A stretch of DNA of 45,276 nt from a virus (IMGVR_UViG_3300012286_000299:1-45276), one strand, 5' to 3'. Counted from the stretch's first letter, positions 1 through 10,024 are shown. Program-made: numbers and translations. The notes: generated by a model not told the origin, from the sequence alone.

Positions 1-219
1 TCATACCATGATGGTCAAATAATAGCACCACTATACTCTCAAGCCTTTAGATGGTTTAGAGAGAAGCATGGAATATTTTCTTCTATATGGTGTTTTGAAA
101 CAGAACAAAAATTCTTTATAGAATTTGGTTTTGGTATTCACAAATTTGAAGTAGTAAATAAAGAAGAAGCAGAACTTGAATGTCTAAAAAAATTAATAGA
201 AATCGTTAAAAACAAATAA
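1..219 (+). CDS. Hypothetical phage protein, 5'-truncated by the window
   Basis: Frame 1 is open from base 1 to TAA 217-219 (…APLYSQAFRWFREKHG…EEAELECLKKLIEIVKNK). Absent from the ORF track because it lacks a start. Confidence 0.7.
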   Translation, partial: SYHDGQIIAPLYSQAFRWFREKHGIFSSIWCFETEQKFFIEFGFGIHKFEVVNKEEAELECLKKLIEIVKNK

Positions 220-221
220 TT

Positions 222-443
222 ATGGAAATACCATTTATATACGTACCAGCACTGGTATGTTTGCTCAGTTGGTTTTTAGGTTGGATGTTTTCAGGATTTG
301 CAGATGGTCTTGAAGCCATAGCAGGTAATCCTCTTACATTAGCATTTTCAGTAATTGCTTATCTCTCAGGTGTATTCTGTATAGTATATTATGGGTATAA
401 GTTAATTATGTGGTTGTGTAATAATATAACAATAGTATTTTAG
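222..443 (+). CDS. Small membrane protein (about 2 TM helices)
   Basis: 73 aa with two hydrophobic stretches; tightly packed with neighbours. Confidence 0.65.
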   Translation: MEIPFIYVPALVCLLSWFLGWMFSGFADGLEAIAGNPLTLAFSVIAYLSGVFCIVYYGYKLIMWLCNNITIVF

Positions 444-445
444 TA

Positions 446-604
446 ATGGAAGATTTAAGAATTATAAACGAAGCTTTACAAGAAGCTAGAAACTACGGAT
501 TAGAAGTTGAAGTGATAAAATCTGCTTTAAATTCTATGAAAACTAACCCAAATCAATCTACTACAGATGCTATGCAAAGTGGGTTAAACGAATGGATAAA
601 ATAA
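446..604 (+). CDS. Small hypothetical protein (52 aa), not in ORF track
   Basis: ATG 446 to TAA 602-604 (MEDLRIINEALQEARNYGLEVEVIKSAL…GLNEWIK); fills the gap exactly. Confidence 0.65.
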   Translation: MEDLRIINEALQEARNYGLEVEVIKSALNSMKTNPNQSTTDAMQSGLNEWIK

Positions 605-611
605 ATAAGCT

Positions 612-959
612 ATGATAACAACAATTATTTTAGGGGCAATTATATTAATAGTCCCAGTTTTATTCATTTGGTCTATACTTAGTATAAGTAAAAATAAAGA
701 ACGAACAGAAAAGCTTTTCAAGGAAGAAATCTATCCAATGTGCCACAAAGCTAGGACTGCTCAAGAAATCAAAGATGCCTTTGAACAATTACACTTGAAA
801 TGTCTTAACATTACTTCAATGCAGGATTACGCTAAAAAAGGAGGAGCAATGTTTACAATTGATGTTGCTTGGAAACCAGATTTTTACGAATTAAAAGCCA
901 ACTTAAATGGTAAATGGCAAATGTTAACAGAAGAACAGAAAGATGAAACAAGAAAGTAA
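612..959 (+). CDS. Hypothetical protein with N-terminal TM anchor
   Basis: Hydrophobic residues ~1-25 followed by a soluble domain. Confidence 0.65.
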   Translation: MITTIILGAIILIVPVLFIWSILSISKNKERTEKLFKEEIYPMCHKARTAQEIKDAFEQLHLKCLNITSMQDYAKKGGAMFTIDVAWKPDFYELKANLNGKWQMLTEEQKDETRK

Positions 960-965
960 ATTATT

Positions 966-1166
966 ATGTTTTATAGAGTAAAAGAAGTAAGAGGAAAATT
1001 TATTCCTCAAAAGTTAGGTTTTCTTATGGGTTGGCAAGCTATAGATAAAAGAGATTTATATCTTTGGACTAGTGATGATTACCAATGGAAATACTGTAAA
1101 TGTGATACTTTAGAAGAAGCAAGAGAAGTAATTAGAAATTACAAACCCAAATTTCATAGACCATGA
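966..1166 (+). CDS. Hypothetical protein
   Basis: 66 aa; ATGA overlap with next gene. Confidence 0.6.
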   Translation: MFYRVKEVRGKFIPQKLGFLMGWQAIDKRDLYLWTSDDYQWKYCKCDTLEEAREVIRNYKPKFHRP

Positions 1167-1402
1167 ATATAAAACAACTAATAGAGACTCTTTCTAAATT
1201 AGACCCCGAACTAAGAGTTGTAACCCGCGGTTACGAAGGAGGATATGACGATATAGAATGGCCTGTCGACAAGGATTCTCCTAACGTTATAGACCTGGCC
1301 CTTAATGTTAATCCAGTCTGGTATTATGGTAACCATGAAATGGTCAGTAAAGATCATCGTTATGGAGAAAATATTCAGGTTGTAAAAGCAATTGTATTAT
1401 GA
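1163..1402 (+). CDS. Hypothetical phage protein
   Basis: 79 aa, MNIKQLIETLSKLDPELRVVTRGYEGG; ATGA overlaps on both sides. Confidence 0.65.
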   Translation: MNIKQLIETLSKLDPELRVVTRGYEGGYDDIEWPVDKDSPNVIDLALNVNPVWYYGNHEMVSKDHRYGENIQVVKAIVL

Positions 1403-1602
1403 TTTGGGAATATGTATGGGTTTTAGTAAAATCCTATTTGGAATTGGGGTTATTTATATCCTCTATAATTTTAGTAATAACAATTATTAATGGTACTATA
1501 GATAGGAATTGGTTGAGAGATTTTATCTTTACCACTTTTCTTCATCCTGTAGTAATTTATTATCTTATAAAAGAATTAGAAAATGGAAATGGACCTGAAT
1601 AA
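1399..1602 (+). CDS. Small membrane protein
   Basis: 67 aa, hydrophobic. Confidence 0.55.
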   Translation: MIWEYVWVLVKSYLELGLFISSIILVITIINGTIDRNWLRDFIFTTFLHPVVIYYLIKELENGNGPE

Positions 1603-1828
1603 ACAATTGATTCCATATATGGAACATGTTATTAATCAAACCCTGAATATGGTGGATGGGATATTTGTAGATACGGATAATATTGATCGGGTGGAGATAA
1701 GTAGGCTTTTAACTCAAATGGATGAAGAATTTAAGGATTATCTTACCTCATTATCACCGCAAACTCAGGGGAGATTAATGGAGATTAAGGATAAAATGTT
1801 AAAAGATGATACAGCATATGAAGATTAA
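1583..1828 (+). CDS. Hypothetical acidic protein
   Basis: 81 aa ORF in a co-oriented gene string. Confidence 0.55.
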   Translation: MEMDLNKQLIPYMEHVINQTLNMVDGIFVDTDNIDRVEISRLLTQMDEEFKDYLTSLSPQTQGRLMEIKDKMLKDDTAYED

Positions 1829-1892
1829 AAATTTAACAGAATACGCGTTGTTTTTTAGAATTAAAAATTCTTTAAAAGCTTCTACAGAAAAA

Positions 1893-1924
1893 CTTGGCTT
1901 GCAGAGAAATACTTCGTATAATGG
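1893..1924 (+). promoter_or_regulatory. Putative host (Bacteroidota-type) sigma70 promoter
   Basis: CTTG-N20-TATAATGG with TTCG just before TA; intergenic, upstream of glutaredoxin. Confidence 0.45.
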
Positions 1925-1960
1925 AGGGACGGGAAAGGGATAAAAATAGAAAATAGAGAA

Positions 1961-2269
1961 ATGGATAAGGAAATAATAACGTTTACATTGGAAGGATGTA
2001 GGTATTGTATAGAATTGGAGGAGAAATTAGATAAGAAAGGGATAAAGTATAAAAATATAGATGTAAGTAAAAATAAGGAAATAGGAGATATGATTGAAGG
2101 TACCTATAAATGTACCAAGTACCCAATGGTAGTATTTCATAGTCCTAATCGTTCTCTAATTTGGCTACCTGAAACTGACTTATTACCTTCACCTAATATT
2201 AGAATTTATAATAACATTAATCAAATAATAACAGAATTACAAAATGAATTTAACAGCGGAGCAAATTAA
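1961..2269 (+). CDS. Glutaredoxin / NrdH-like thioredoxin-fold protein
   Basis: CRYC active site near the N-terminus, GIKYKNIDV, cis-Pro motif KYPMVV. Confidence 0.85.
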   Translation: MDKEIITFTLEGCRYCIELEEKLDKKGIKYKNIDVSKNKEIGDMIEGTYKCTKYPMVVFHSPNRSLIWLPETDLLPSPNIRIYNNINQIITELQNEFNSGAN

Positions 2270-2999
2270 GGGAAATTGGGATATATTAATGTCTCGCATT
2301 GATGCTTATATAGCAGAACCAAGACGTACACAATTAAAAGAATTTTATGGGAAGTATCAAGAACGTATCATTATGATGCCTGCTTCATATAAGAAAGAAT
2401 ATCATAATGCATTTCCTGGTGGATATGTAGATCACGTTATAAGAGTTATAGACTGTGCTCTGAAAGTAAACAATGTATGGAAAGAAATGGGAGTAGATGA
2501 ATCTACTTACACTACTGAAGAATTAGTATTCTCAGCCCTAAACCATGATTTAGGTAAAATAGGAGATGAGAATCATGAATCTTACATTCCTCAGACAGAC
2601 CAATGGAGAAGAGATAAATTAGGGGAAGATTATATGTTTAATGAGGCTTTAGCATTTGCATCAGTTCCAGATCGTTCTTTATTTTTACTTCAACAAAATA
2701 ATATCCAGTATACCTTTAATGAAATGGTAGCAATTCAGACACATGATGGAATTTATGATGAGGGTAATAAGAAATATCTTATGACTTTTAATCCTAGTCA
2801 GAAACCAAGAACTGCTTTACCATTTATTTTACATCAGGCTGATTTAATGGCTTCTCGTATTGAATTTGAAAAAGAATGGTTACCTAAATTTAGAGGTGAA
2901 AAGAAAGTAGAAGTTAAAGCGTCTAAACCTGTCGTAAAACAACAACCTAAATTGTCTAACGCAAACGCGCCGTTTGCAAATTTATTAAATAATATATAA
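2244..2999 (+). CDS. HD-domain phosphohydrolase (YhaM-like HD signature)
   Basis: HNAFPGGYVDH…HDLGKIG…HDG…DLMAS metal-binding motifs. Confidence 0.85.
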   Translation: MNLTAEQIKGNWDILMSRIDAYIAEPRRTQLKEFYGKYQERIIMMPASYKKEYHNAFPGGYVDHVIRVIDCALKVNNVWKEMGVDESTYTTEELVFSALNHDLGKIGDENHESYIPQTDQWRRDKLGEDYMFNEALAFASVPDRSLFLLQQNNIQYTFNEMVAIQTHDGIYDEGNKKYLMTFNPSQKPRTALPFILHQADLMASRIEFEKEWLPKFRGEKKVEVKASKPVVKQQPKLSNANAPFANLLNNI

Positions 3000-3274
3000 T
3001 GGAATTTTTTATACTTTTAATATTAGTTATAGCAGCTGTAGTAGGATATATAATTTGGAATCTTCTTACTAAAGTAGAAAAATTAGAAAGTGTTATAGAT
3101 GCACAAGAAAAATACATTTTAGATTTTTATGACTTAGTAAAAACATCAGAAATTAAAATTAAAGAAATTGATTCTAAACAATTATTTCAATCAGATGATG
3201 AAGTAGGTTTTTTCTTCACTAATCTAAAAACAATTCAGGATACTCTTTCGGAATACATTAAATTTATAAAATAA
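2999..3274 (+). CDS. Membrane-anchored coiled-coil hypothetical protein
   Basis: N-terminal TM helix then heptad-like region; TAATG coupling on both sides. Confidence 0.7.
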   Translation: MEFFILLILVIAAVVGYIIWNLLTKVEKLESVIDAQEKYILDFYDLVKTSEIKIKEIDSKQLFQSDDEVGFFFTNLKTIQDTLSEYIKFIK

Positions 3275-4074
3275 TGGAAGTATTAAATTCTGAAATTAAA
3301 ATACTTCATGTTCCTCAAGAAGAAACAGAAGTTCAATATACTAAAAAAGGGACAGTTCGAAAAAGAAAACCTAAAGAGAAAAAACAGTATTTTACTCAAG
3401 ATACTGAAGATGCTATTATAGAGTATTTAAAAGCAACTGAACCCCATGTTAGAAATAAGATTTATAATGAACGTATTAAATATGCTTTTCATAAATTAAC
3501 TGAAAACATAATTCATACTTTTAAATTTTATTATACTGAAGTAGAAACTATAGCCGAACTTCAACATGAAGTAACGGCCTTTCTACTTGAAAAACTTCAT
3601 TTATATAATCAGTCAAAAGGAAAAGCTTATTCTTATTTTGGTACTATTGCTAAACGTTATTTAATTCTTTATAACAATAAAAATTATGAAAAATTAAAAG
3701 GTAAAGCTGAAGTGGCAGATATAGATGAAGATAGAACTATTGTTGCTAATATAGTAAATGATTCCGAAAGTGTAGATGATCCATTAATGGGTGAAAATTA
3801 CTTTATAGATAAATTTATTCAATATATGGATTTATATTTATTTAGAGTATTCCCCGAAATTGAAGATGCTAAAACAGCTGAGGCTATTATGCAACTTTTT
3901 AAATTTAGAGAAAGTTTAGATATTTTTAATAAAAAGGGAATTTACATCTATATTAGAGAACAAACAGATCAAGATACTCCTCAAATAACTAAAGTAATAA
4001 AAAGATTAGAAAAGGTTTACAAACGCCTACATTATCAATACCTAGATTATGGATATGTTAGCTTAAATTATTAA
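3274..4074 (+). CDS. Putative phage sigma factor (T4 gp55-like late sigma, sigma70 region 2)
   Basis: ELQHEVTAFLLEKLHLYNQSKGKAYSYFGTIAKRYL resembles the region 2 pattern D..QE….L….F.P.KG.F..Y; lies directly before the late structural block. Confidence 0.6.
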   Translation: MEVLNSEIKILHVPQEETEVQYTKKGTVRKRKPKEKKQYFTQDTEDAIIEYLKATEPHVRNKIYNERIKYAFHKLTENIIHTFKFYYTEVETIAELQHEVTAFLLEKLHLYNQSKGKAYSYFGTIAKRYLILYNNKNYEKLKGKAEVADIDEDRTIVANIVNDSESVDDPLMGENYFIDKFIQYMDLYLFRVFPEIEDAKTAEAIMQLFKFRESLDIFNKKGIYIYIREQTDQDTPQITKVIKRLEKVYKRLHYQYLDYGYVSLNY

Positions 4075-4090
4075 AAAATTTATAAGCTCC

Positions 4091-4099
4091 ATATTTATA
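4091..4099 (+). promoter_or_regulatory. Putative late promoter ATATTTATA
   Basis: Recurrent intergenic motif; 13 nt before ATG 4113. Confidence 0.6.
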
Positions 4100-4112
4100 A
4101 TAAAAATATATT

Positions 4113-4478
4113 ATGGATTTTAATTCAGTAACATTATTTGGTAAAAAAACATTTGCCGATTTGTTAAAAGAAATACACACTAATTCCTCTAATAAAGAAA
4201 AGGAAATTAGAGTAATGATAGAACAATTAAAACCCTTCATCAATTCAGCCGGTGATGCCGTTATAATTGTTCCCCTTATAAAAGATTATTTAGATGTATC
4301 TGTTAAGAATGATGATTTGCTAATTAAAATGGCAGGTATAGTTCAAAGAGCATTAAATAATAATTCAAATGGTGAAGATTTAATGATTAGTGAAGACGAA
4401 AAGCAAGCCTTATTAGAAACTATTAATCAATTAGATAAACAAGTAGAAGAAATACCTGTAAGAAAATTAAATGAGTAG
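4113..4478 (+). CDS. Hypothetical helical protein, first gene of baseplate operon
   Basis: 121 aa, downstream of late motif. Confidence 0.7.
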   Translation: MDFNSVTLFGKKTFADLLKEIHTNSSNKEKEIRVMIEQLKPFINSAGDAVIIVPLIKDYLDVSVKNDDLLIKMAGIVQRALNNNSNGEDLMISEDEKQALLETINQLDKQVEEIPVRKLNE

Positions 4479-5322
4479 TTTATATCCTAGTTTACAAGGT
4501 AGTATATCAAACATAGCATCGGGTAAAGGAAATGGAGGTAAAAGTCTATTTTTCTTTGCTCGTGTTAATGATATTGTTTTGTCAACTGAAACTAAAACTT
4601 CTAATTTTTTTAAAGATGCTGGAGGATGGGCCGGATTAGGTTCAATTAAATTTACTCCTTTAAATTCTAAACCTGATGATGGTAAACCCTCTAATTTAAT
4701 AGCTAAACCATTATTTAATAATATCTCTAAATATCCCATTTTAGAAGAAATTGTTTTAATATTAAGTGCCCCTTCATATGATTTAAATAATAAACCTAAT
4801 GCTAAAACCTTTTATTATTTAACAACAGTTGGTTTATGGAATAGTGTTCAACATAATGCTTTTCCTGATATTCAAACTTATAAAGGTGGAGAATTAAATT
4901 TTGGTCATACATTTGTTGAAAAAGAAAATGTAAGAAATTTATTACCTGAAGAAGGAGATATTTTAATTGAAGGAAGATTTGGTAATTCAATTCGTTTTTC
5001 TTCAACTACTAAACAAAAAGCAATAAATAATCCTTGGAGTTCACAAGGTGATGTTGGAATGCCTATTACTATTATTAGAAATAATCAATCTAATGTTGAT
5101 ATAAATTCTGATCCTTGGGTTCCTGTTTATGAGGATCCTAATAATGATGGAACTTCAATTTATTTATGTGCTGGGCAAGAAATACCTTTAGAGTATGCCT
5201 CTAAAAATTTACAATCATATAGTATAACTATAGGAGCTGCATTTAATAGTTCGTTACAAATCCCAGATCCACAGTTTACTTCCCCTGATGTATCACCTAA
5301 ACAAGCAGATAAATTAAAATAA
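4471..5322 (+). CDS. Baseplate hub/spike protein, gp5/gpV-like N-terminal part
   Basis: OB-fold-like N-region (ARVNDIVL…YPILEEIVLI) and EGDILIEGRFGNSIRF; upstream of gp25/gp6. Confidence 0.55.
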   Translation: MSSLYPSLQGSISNIASGKGNGGKSLFFFARVNDIVLSTETKTSNFFKDAGGWAGLGSIKFTPLNSKPDDGKPSNLIAKPLFNNISKYPILEEIVLILSAPSYDLNNKPNAKTFYYLTTVGLWNSVQHNAFPDIQTYKGGELNFGHTFVEKENVRNLLPEEGDILIEGRFGNSIRFSSTTKQKAINNPWSSQGDVGMPITIIRNNQSNVDINSDPWVPVYEDPNNDGTSIYLCAGQEIPLEYASKNLQSYSITIGAAFNSSLQIPDPQFTSPDVSPKQADKLK

Positions 5323-5323
5323 T

Positions 5324-5758
5324 ATGGCATCTTCTTATAAACCCGAATTTCCTTATTTAGGAGACCACCTGATACTAAATTCAGGTAGGGTTACTATTAA
5401 CTCTAAAGATGATTCTATAATGTTATTTGCTAAGGAATCTATCAGTTTTTCTTCAGCAGGAACTATCCATTTTAATAGTGATGATGAGTTAATAATTAAT
5501 TCATCTAAAATTTATTTAGGATTAGAAACAGACATAGATAAACCTGAACCTGCTATTAGAGGAGAAAAATTATATAATTTATTAAATGCATTAATAGATG
5601 CTTTAAATAATTTAGGAGAAGGTTTATCTTATGCCCAAGATAGTAATGGTATTGGAATACCTTCAGTTACAGTACCTGGAGAAAGTTTACAAACAGATAT
5701 GTTACAATTGCAAACTTTAATAGAAAAAATTAAATCTGAAAAAACCTTTTTACTATAA
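5324..5758 (+). CDS. Baseplate spike C-terminal beta-helix-like protein
   Basis: Repeated short beta strands (LILNSGRVTINSK…ISFSSAGTIHFNS…IYLG…EPAIRG). Confidence 0.5.
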   Translation: MASSYKPEFPYLGDHLILNSGRVTINSKDDSIMLFAKESISFSSAGTIHFNSDDELIINSSKIYLGLETDIDKPEPAIRGEKLYNLLNALIDALNNLGEGLSYAQDSNGIGIPSVTVPGESLQTDMLQLQTLIEKIKSEKTFLL

Positions 5759-7206
5759 TGGCAGTACCAGCAGGATTATCTAGAATATTATGTGATGTAG
5801 CGCCTAAAAGAATTAGTAAAGCTACAAATTCAATACTTAAAATTTTATTTAAAATTAATGCTGTTTTAAGTGAAATTAATTCTATTGATTTTTGTAATCC
5901 ACTTGGGTATATTATGTCTAAAGCTTTACCTCCTGGAGGACTTTTGGAAGCTAAACTTTTAAAATATGGAAAGGATGCTTTAGATTTTGTAAATAAAATA
6001 GAAAATAAATTAAATCCTTTAAGACTTGAGGGAGAAACAGATGAACAATATAAAACTAGAATCCAATCTTATCAGGCATCTATTGAAGAAATTAGATTAG
6101 CTTTAGAAGATATAATTCCTCCTGATGACTTACTTGAACTTATACCTGGTGGAGAAGGATTAGTTAAAACTATTCAACAAGTAAATTTAGCATTAGTAGC
6201 AACAAGTGATACTATAGACCCAACTCAATCTATAATAACTAAAATTTCTATATTACAATCATTTGCTAGAAAATTAACTCCTTTCTTATCTCCAATTAAT
6301 ATAGCTACTTTAGCATTAGGTAATCAACAAGCTGAAATAAATAAAAAATTAGCAGGTATAATTAGACCTGAAAGATTTAGAGAAAGTGTTGGATTTTTAG
6401 TTAAACAAGTAAAAGCAGTTGACAAAGCTATTGTTCAAATACAAGCTACTGTTAAATTAATTAATACTATTGTAAGAATTATTAACATTTTAATTAAAGT
6501 ATATAAATTTGTAGTTAAAATACTAAAACGTTTAAATACACCTTTAGCTGTAGGAGGAGGAGGTTCACCTGTAATTTCGCAAACTAACGCTTCAACCAAT
6601 ACTCAAGCAGACACTATTTCTAAGAGTAATCAAATAGTAGATGATTTAGAGAAAATAACAAGTATAATTTCTAACTTTTTAAAAGGTCCTGTTTTATTGA
6701 ATATAAAACGTATAAGAAGGCAAATATTACAATTATTAACTGGTCTTAATATTTTATATCAAAACCTTAAAGCATGTTCATATACAAGTGATGATCAAGG
6801 TTTATTAAATACCGTTCAAGGAAGTATAGATTCATTAAATAATAGTTTAAATATTATTGATGAATTATTCCCTACTGCTAAAACTTCTAATTTACCTGAA
6901 TTATATAATGGTTATTCAATTGATATAATTAAAGAAGAAGTAGTTGATGAAGGAATATCTTTATTAAGAAGAAGAGTAGTAGTAGCTGATCAAAGAGGAG
7001 TAATTGAATATGAAGGTACACCAACATATGCTCCTGATGATCAAGTATTAATTAAAGAAGGTCAATATTATATTGATAAACAAAATCAAACTCGTACTAG
7101 TGATACAGGAAATGATTCACCTACTGATCAAGAAGTAATAGATTTAACAACATTAGCCGGTTTTAACCCCGATGATACTATTGGTGGGCCTGTAACACCT
7201 GATTAA
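5758..7206 (+). CDS. Hypothetical helical virion/baseplate-associated protein
   Basis: 482 aa with long amphipathic helices; translationally coupled within the baseplate operon. Confidence 0.6.
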   Translation: MAVPAGLSRILCDVAPKRISKATNSILKILFKINAVLSEINSIDFCNPLGYIMSKALPPGGLLEAKLLKYGKDALDFVNKIENKLNPLRLEGETDEQYKTRIQSYQASIEEIRLALEDIIPPDDLLELIPGGEGLVKTIQQVNLALVATSDTIDPTQSIITKISILQSFARKLTPFLSPINIATLALGNQQAEINKKLAGIIRPERFRESVGFLVKQVKAVDKAIVQIQATVKLINTIVRIINILIKVYKFVVKILKRLNTPLAVGGGGSPVISQTNASTNTQADTISKSNQIVDDLEKITSIISNFLKGPVLLNIKRIRRQILQLLTGLNILYQNLKACSYTSDDQGLLNTVQGSIDSLNNSLNIIDELFPTAKTSNLPELYNGYSIDIIKEEVVDEGISLLRRRVVVADQRGVIEYEGTPTYAPDDQVLIKEGQYYIDKQNQTRTSDTGNDSPTDQEVIDLTTLAGFNPDDTIGGPVTPD

Positions 7207-7224
7207 AATAAGTTTTAATATTAA

Positions 7225-7233
7225 ATATTTATA
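7225..7233 (+). promoter_or_regulatory. Putative late promoter ATATTTATA
   Basis: Motif ends 3 nt before ATG 7237. Confidence 0.55.
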
Positions 7234-7236
7234 TGT

Positions 7237-7725
7237 ATGAAATTAGATGCATTTAGAAAAATAATTAGAGAAGAAGTAAAGAAAGCTATTCAAGAAGAAA
7301 TGAAAGATATTCTACTTGAAGCAGTAAAATCTGCTAGTAAACCTAATTTAACAGAAAATAAACCTACTACAAAACCATACTCTAAAGTAGAATCCACTTA
7401 CAAACCTACATTCTCAGACATAATTGCTGAAGAAAGAAAACCTACACCTTCAACTGGTAACGTAATGTTAGATTTATTAAATGAAACTGCTCAAGCAGGA
7501 GAATGGAGAACTTTAAATGGAGGTGAATTCAATGCTTCACAAGCTGTAGGATGGGGTGGAGGAGCTCCTAATATGATGGGTGGTTCTAATACTCCTGTAG
7601 TAGCTACAGTAGATGAAATGATAAAATCACAAGGTCCTGTTAGAGATATAAATGATGTAAGAATTGATGTTGTTCCTGATTTTACAAATTTAATGGGAAC
7701 TTTAAAAGAAAAAGGTAAAATTTAA
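7237..7725 (+). CDS. Hypothetical protein with 'KIIREEV..AIQE' leader
   Basis: MKLDAFRKIIREEVKKAIQEE; further LxE sites (LLE, LTE, LNE). Confidence 0.7.
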   Translation: MKLDAFRKIIREEVKKAIQEEMKDILLEAVKSASKPNLTENKPTTKPYSKVESTYKPTFSDIIAEERKPTPSTGNVMLDLLNETAQAGEWRTLNGGEFNASQAVGWGGGAPNMMGGSNTPVVATVDEMIKSQGPVRDINDVRIDVVPDFTNLMGTLKEKGKI

Positions 7726-8138
7726 TGGCTTATACTATAATTAATATTAATCCTTTAGACTTACAACCTAGTAAGGGAATAGGTATCCAAGTTCCATTTA
7801 ATGGAACAACTGGGTTAAATATTACTTATACAACTAAGGATGCTATTAAATCCAACATTTTAAATTTTTTCTTAACAGGAAAAAAAGAAAGAATAATGAA
7901 CCCAATATTTGGGGCAGGAATAAGAGAGCAATTATTTGAACAAATAGTTCAAGGTACAGCTCAAAATATAGAAGATATTATTAAATTTGGATTGTCGGAT
8001 TATTTTCCACAAGTAAAATTAAATAAATTAAATGTAAGTGCTTCTCCTGATCAAAATGTAATACAAGTATATTTTAGTTATTCTATAATAAACACTAATA
8101 TACAAGATGAGATTTTAATAAATTTTAATAATGGCTAA
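7725..8138 (+). CDS. gp25: Baseplate wedge protein, gp25/GPW-like
   Basis: AIKSNILNFFLTGKKERIMNPIFGAGIREQLFE matches the gp25 signature (L.T..GER…P.FG..L…LFE). Confidence 0.9.
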   Translation: MAYTIININPLDLQPSKGIGIQVPFNGTTGLNITYTTKDAIKSNILNFFLTGKKERIMNPIFGAGIREQLFEQIVQGTAQNIEDIIKFGLSDYFPQVKLNKLNVSASPDQNVIQVYFSYSIINTNIQDEILINFNNG

Positions 8139-10008
8139 TACTAAGGCAGTACAATATTTAAATAAGGATTTTGATAGTTTAAAAGCGCAGTTAATTAACT
8201 TCGCTAAAACTTATTACCCTAACACTTATAATGACTTTACAGAGGCATCTCCAGGTATGATGCTTATTGAAATGGCTTCATATGTTGGGGATATTTTATC
8301 CTTTTATACTGATAATCAAATTCAAGAAAATTTCTTGCAATTTGCTAAACAAAGAAAAAATTTATTAGCTTTAGCTTATAATTTTGGATATCATCCTAAA
8401 GTAACTAGTGCTTCATCAGTTGAAGTTAGTGTTTATCAAGTAGTACCTGCAACTATTATTAATAGTGAATATATACCTGATTTTAATTATGCTTTAATTT
8501 TAGAAGAAGGAACCCAATTACAAGCTAGTATTAATGGAAATGTGTCTTTTTATATAAATGAAAAAATAGATTTCTCTAATTCTGGATCTTCTCCTATAGA
8601 AACTTCAGTTTATTCTAATGATATTGATGGTAATCCTTTATTCTATTTACTTAAAAAAACAGCGAAAGCTACGGCTGGAGCTTTAACAACAACAACATTT
8701 ACATTTGGTAATCCTGAGCGTTTTCCTACCGTAGTAATTACTGATACTAATGTGATTTCTATAGTGGGAGTAACTGATTCTGATAATAATAAATGGTATG
8801 AGGTGCCTTATTTAGCTCAAGATACTATTTTTGAAGCTACTGAAAATACTGCTACTAACGATCCTAATTTATACCAATACAATGATACAACTCCTTATTT
8901 ACTAAAATTAAAAAAAGTACCTAGAAGGTTTGTTTCACGTTTTAAAACAAATAATTCTTTAGAATTACAATTTGGTCCTGGTGTTTCATCTGGTGCTGAT
9001 GAGGAAATTATTCCTAACCCTGATAATATAGGTTTAGGTTTACCTTATGGAGTTGATAAAATGATGACTGCTTGGGACCCTTCAAACTTTTTATATACGC
9101 AAACTTATGGTTTAGCTCCCTCAAATACTACTTTAACAGTAACTTATTTAAAAGGAGGAGGAGCTACTTCAAATATACCTTCAAATACTTTAACTAGAAG
9201 AATAGGTGGAACTAATACTTTTGCGGGTAGTGGATTAGATCCTAATCTTCAAACTACAGTAATTAATTCTTTAGCATTTACTAATGAAAGTGCTGCAGTA
9301 GGTGGTGGAGATGGAGATACAAATGAGGAAATAAGACAAAACTCCTTAGCTATGTATCCTACACAGTTAAGAACTATTACTGAAGATGATTATATTATTA
9401 GAACATTATCATTACCTTCTAAATTTGGTTTAATTTCTAAAGCATTTATTACACAAGATATGGGTATAAGTGTTAATTATCCAACAGATTTATTAGCTAC
9501 ACAAAACCCTAATGCTCTTTCATTATATATTTTATCTAAAAATACTACAGGTAATTTAACAGTTTCTAACCAAGCTTTAAAAACAAATTTAAAAACATTT
9601 CTTTCTGAATATAGAATGTTAACTGATGCAGTTAATATAAAAGATGCTTTTATCATTAATATTGGAGTAAATTTTGATATAGTAGTTAGACCTAATTATA
9701 ATAATAAATTAGTAATAAATAATTGCTTAAATGTCTTACAATCTTATTTTAATATAGATAAATGGCAAATTAATCAACCTATCATCATGTCTGATATCTA
9801 TAGTAATTTAGACCAAGTAGAAGGTGTTCAGACTGTTCAAAAAGTAGAAATTATAAATAAAGCAGGTACTAATTCAGGTTATTCTCAATATGCCTATGAT
9901 ATTAAAGGAGCAACTATTAATAATATTTTATATCCTTCTTTAGATCCAAGTATTTTTGAGGTTAAAAATTTAACAACTGATATACAAGGAAGAGTAGTTA
10001 CTTTCTAA
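8131..10008 (+). CDS. gp6: Baseplate wedge subunit, T4 gp6 / baseplate J-like
   Basis: DFDSLKAQL…EMASYVGDILSFY…, GGGDGDTNEEIR, RTITEDDY motifs; follows gp25. Confidence 0.9.
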   Translation: MANTKAVQYLNKDFDSLKAQLINFAKTYYPNTYNDFTEASPGMMLIEMASYVGDILSFYTDNQIQENFLQFAKQRKNLLALAYNFGYHPKVTSASSVEVSVYQVVPATIINSEYIPDFNYALILEEGTQLQASINGNVSFYINEKIDFSNSGSSPIETSVYSNDIDGNPLFYLLKKTAKATAGALTTTTFTFGNPERFPTVVITDTNVISIVGVTDSDNNKWYEVPYLAQDTIFEATENTATNDPNLYQYNDTTPYLLKLKKVPRRFVSRFKTNNSLELQFGPGVSSGADEEIIPNPDNIGLGLPYGVDKMMTAWDPSNFLYTQTYGLAPSNTTLTVTYLKGGGATSNIPSNTLTRRIGGTNTFAGSGLDPNLQTTVINSLAFTNESAAVGGGDGDTNEEIRQNSLAMYPTQLRTITEDDYIIRTLSLPSKFGLISKAFITQDMGISVNYPTDLLATQNPNALSLYILSKNTTGNLTVSNQALKTNLKTFLSEYRMLTDAVNIKDAFIINIGVNFDIVVRPNYNNKLVINNCLNVLQSYFNIDKWQINQPIIMSDIYSNLDQVEGVQTVQKVEIINKAGTNSGYSQYAYDIKGATINNILYPSLDPSIFEVKNLTTDIQGRVVTF

Positions 10009-10024
10009 AAAATTTATCTAATGT

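Noticed and set aside
1818-1943. 41-aa ORF MKIKNLTEYALFF…
   Set aside because: Short, has no motif and spans the putative promoter; cannot be supported.
2244-2999. HD protein as DatZ (Z-genome) or Cas3 HD
   Set aside because: No purZ/mazZ or cas genes in the window; the motif spacing looks YhaM-like.
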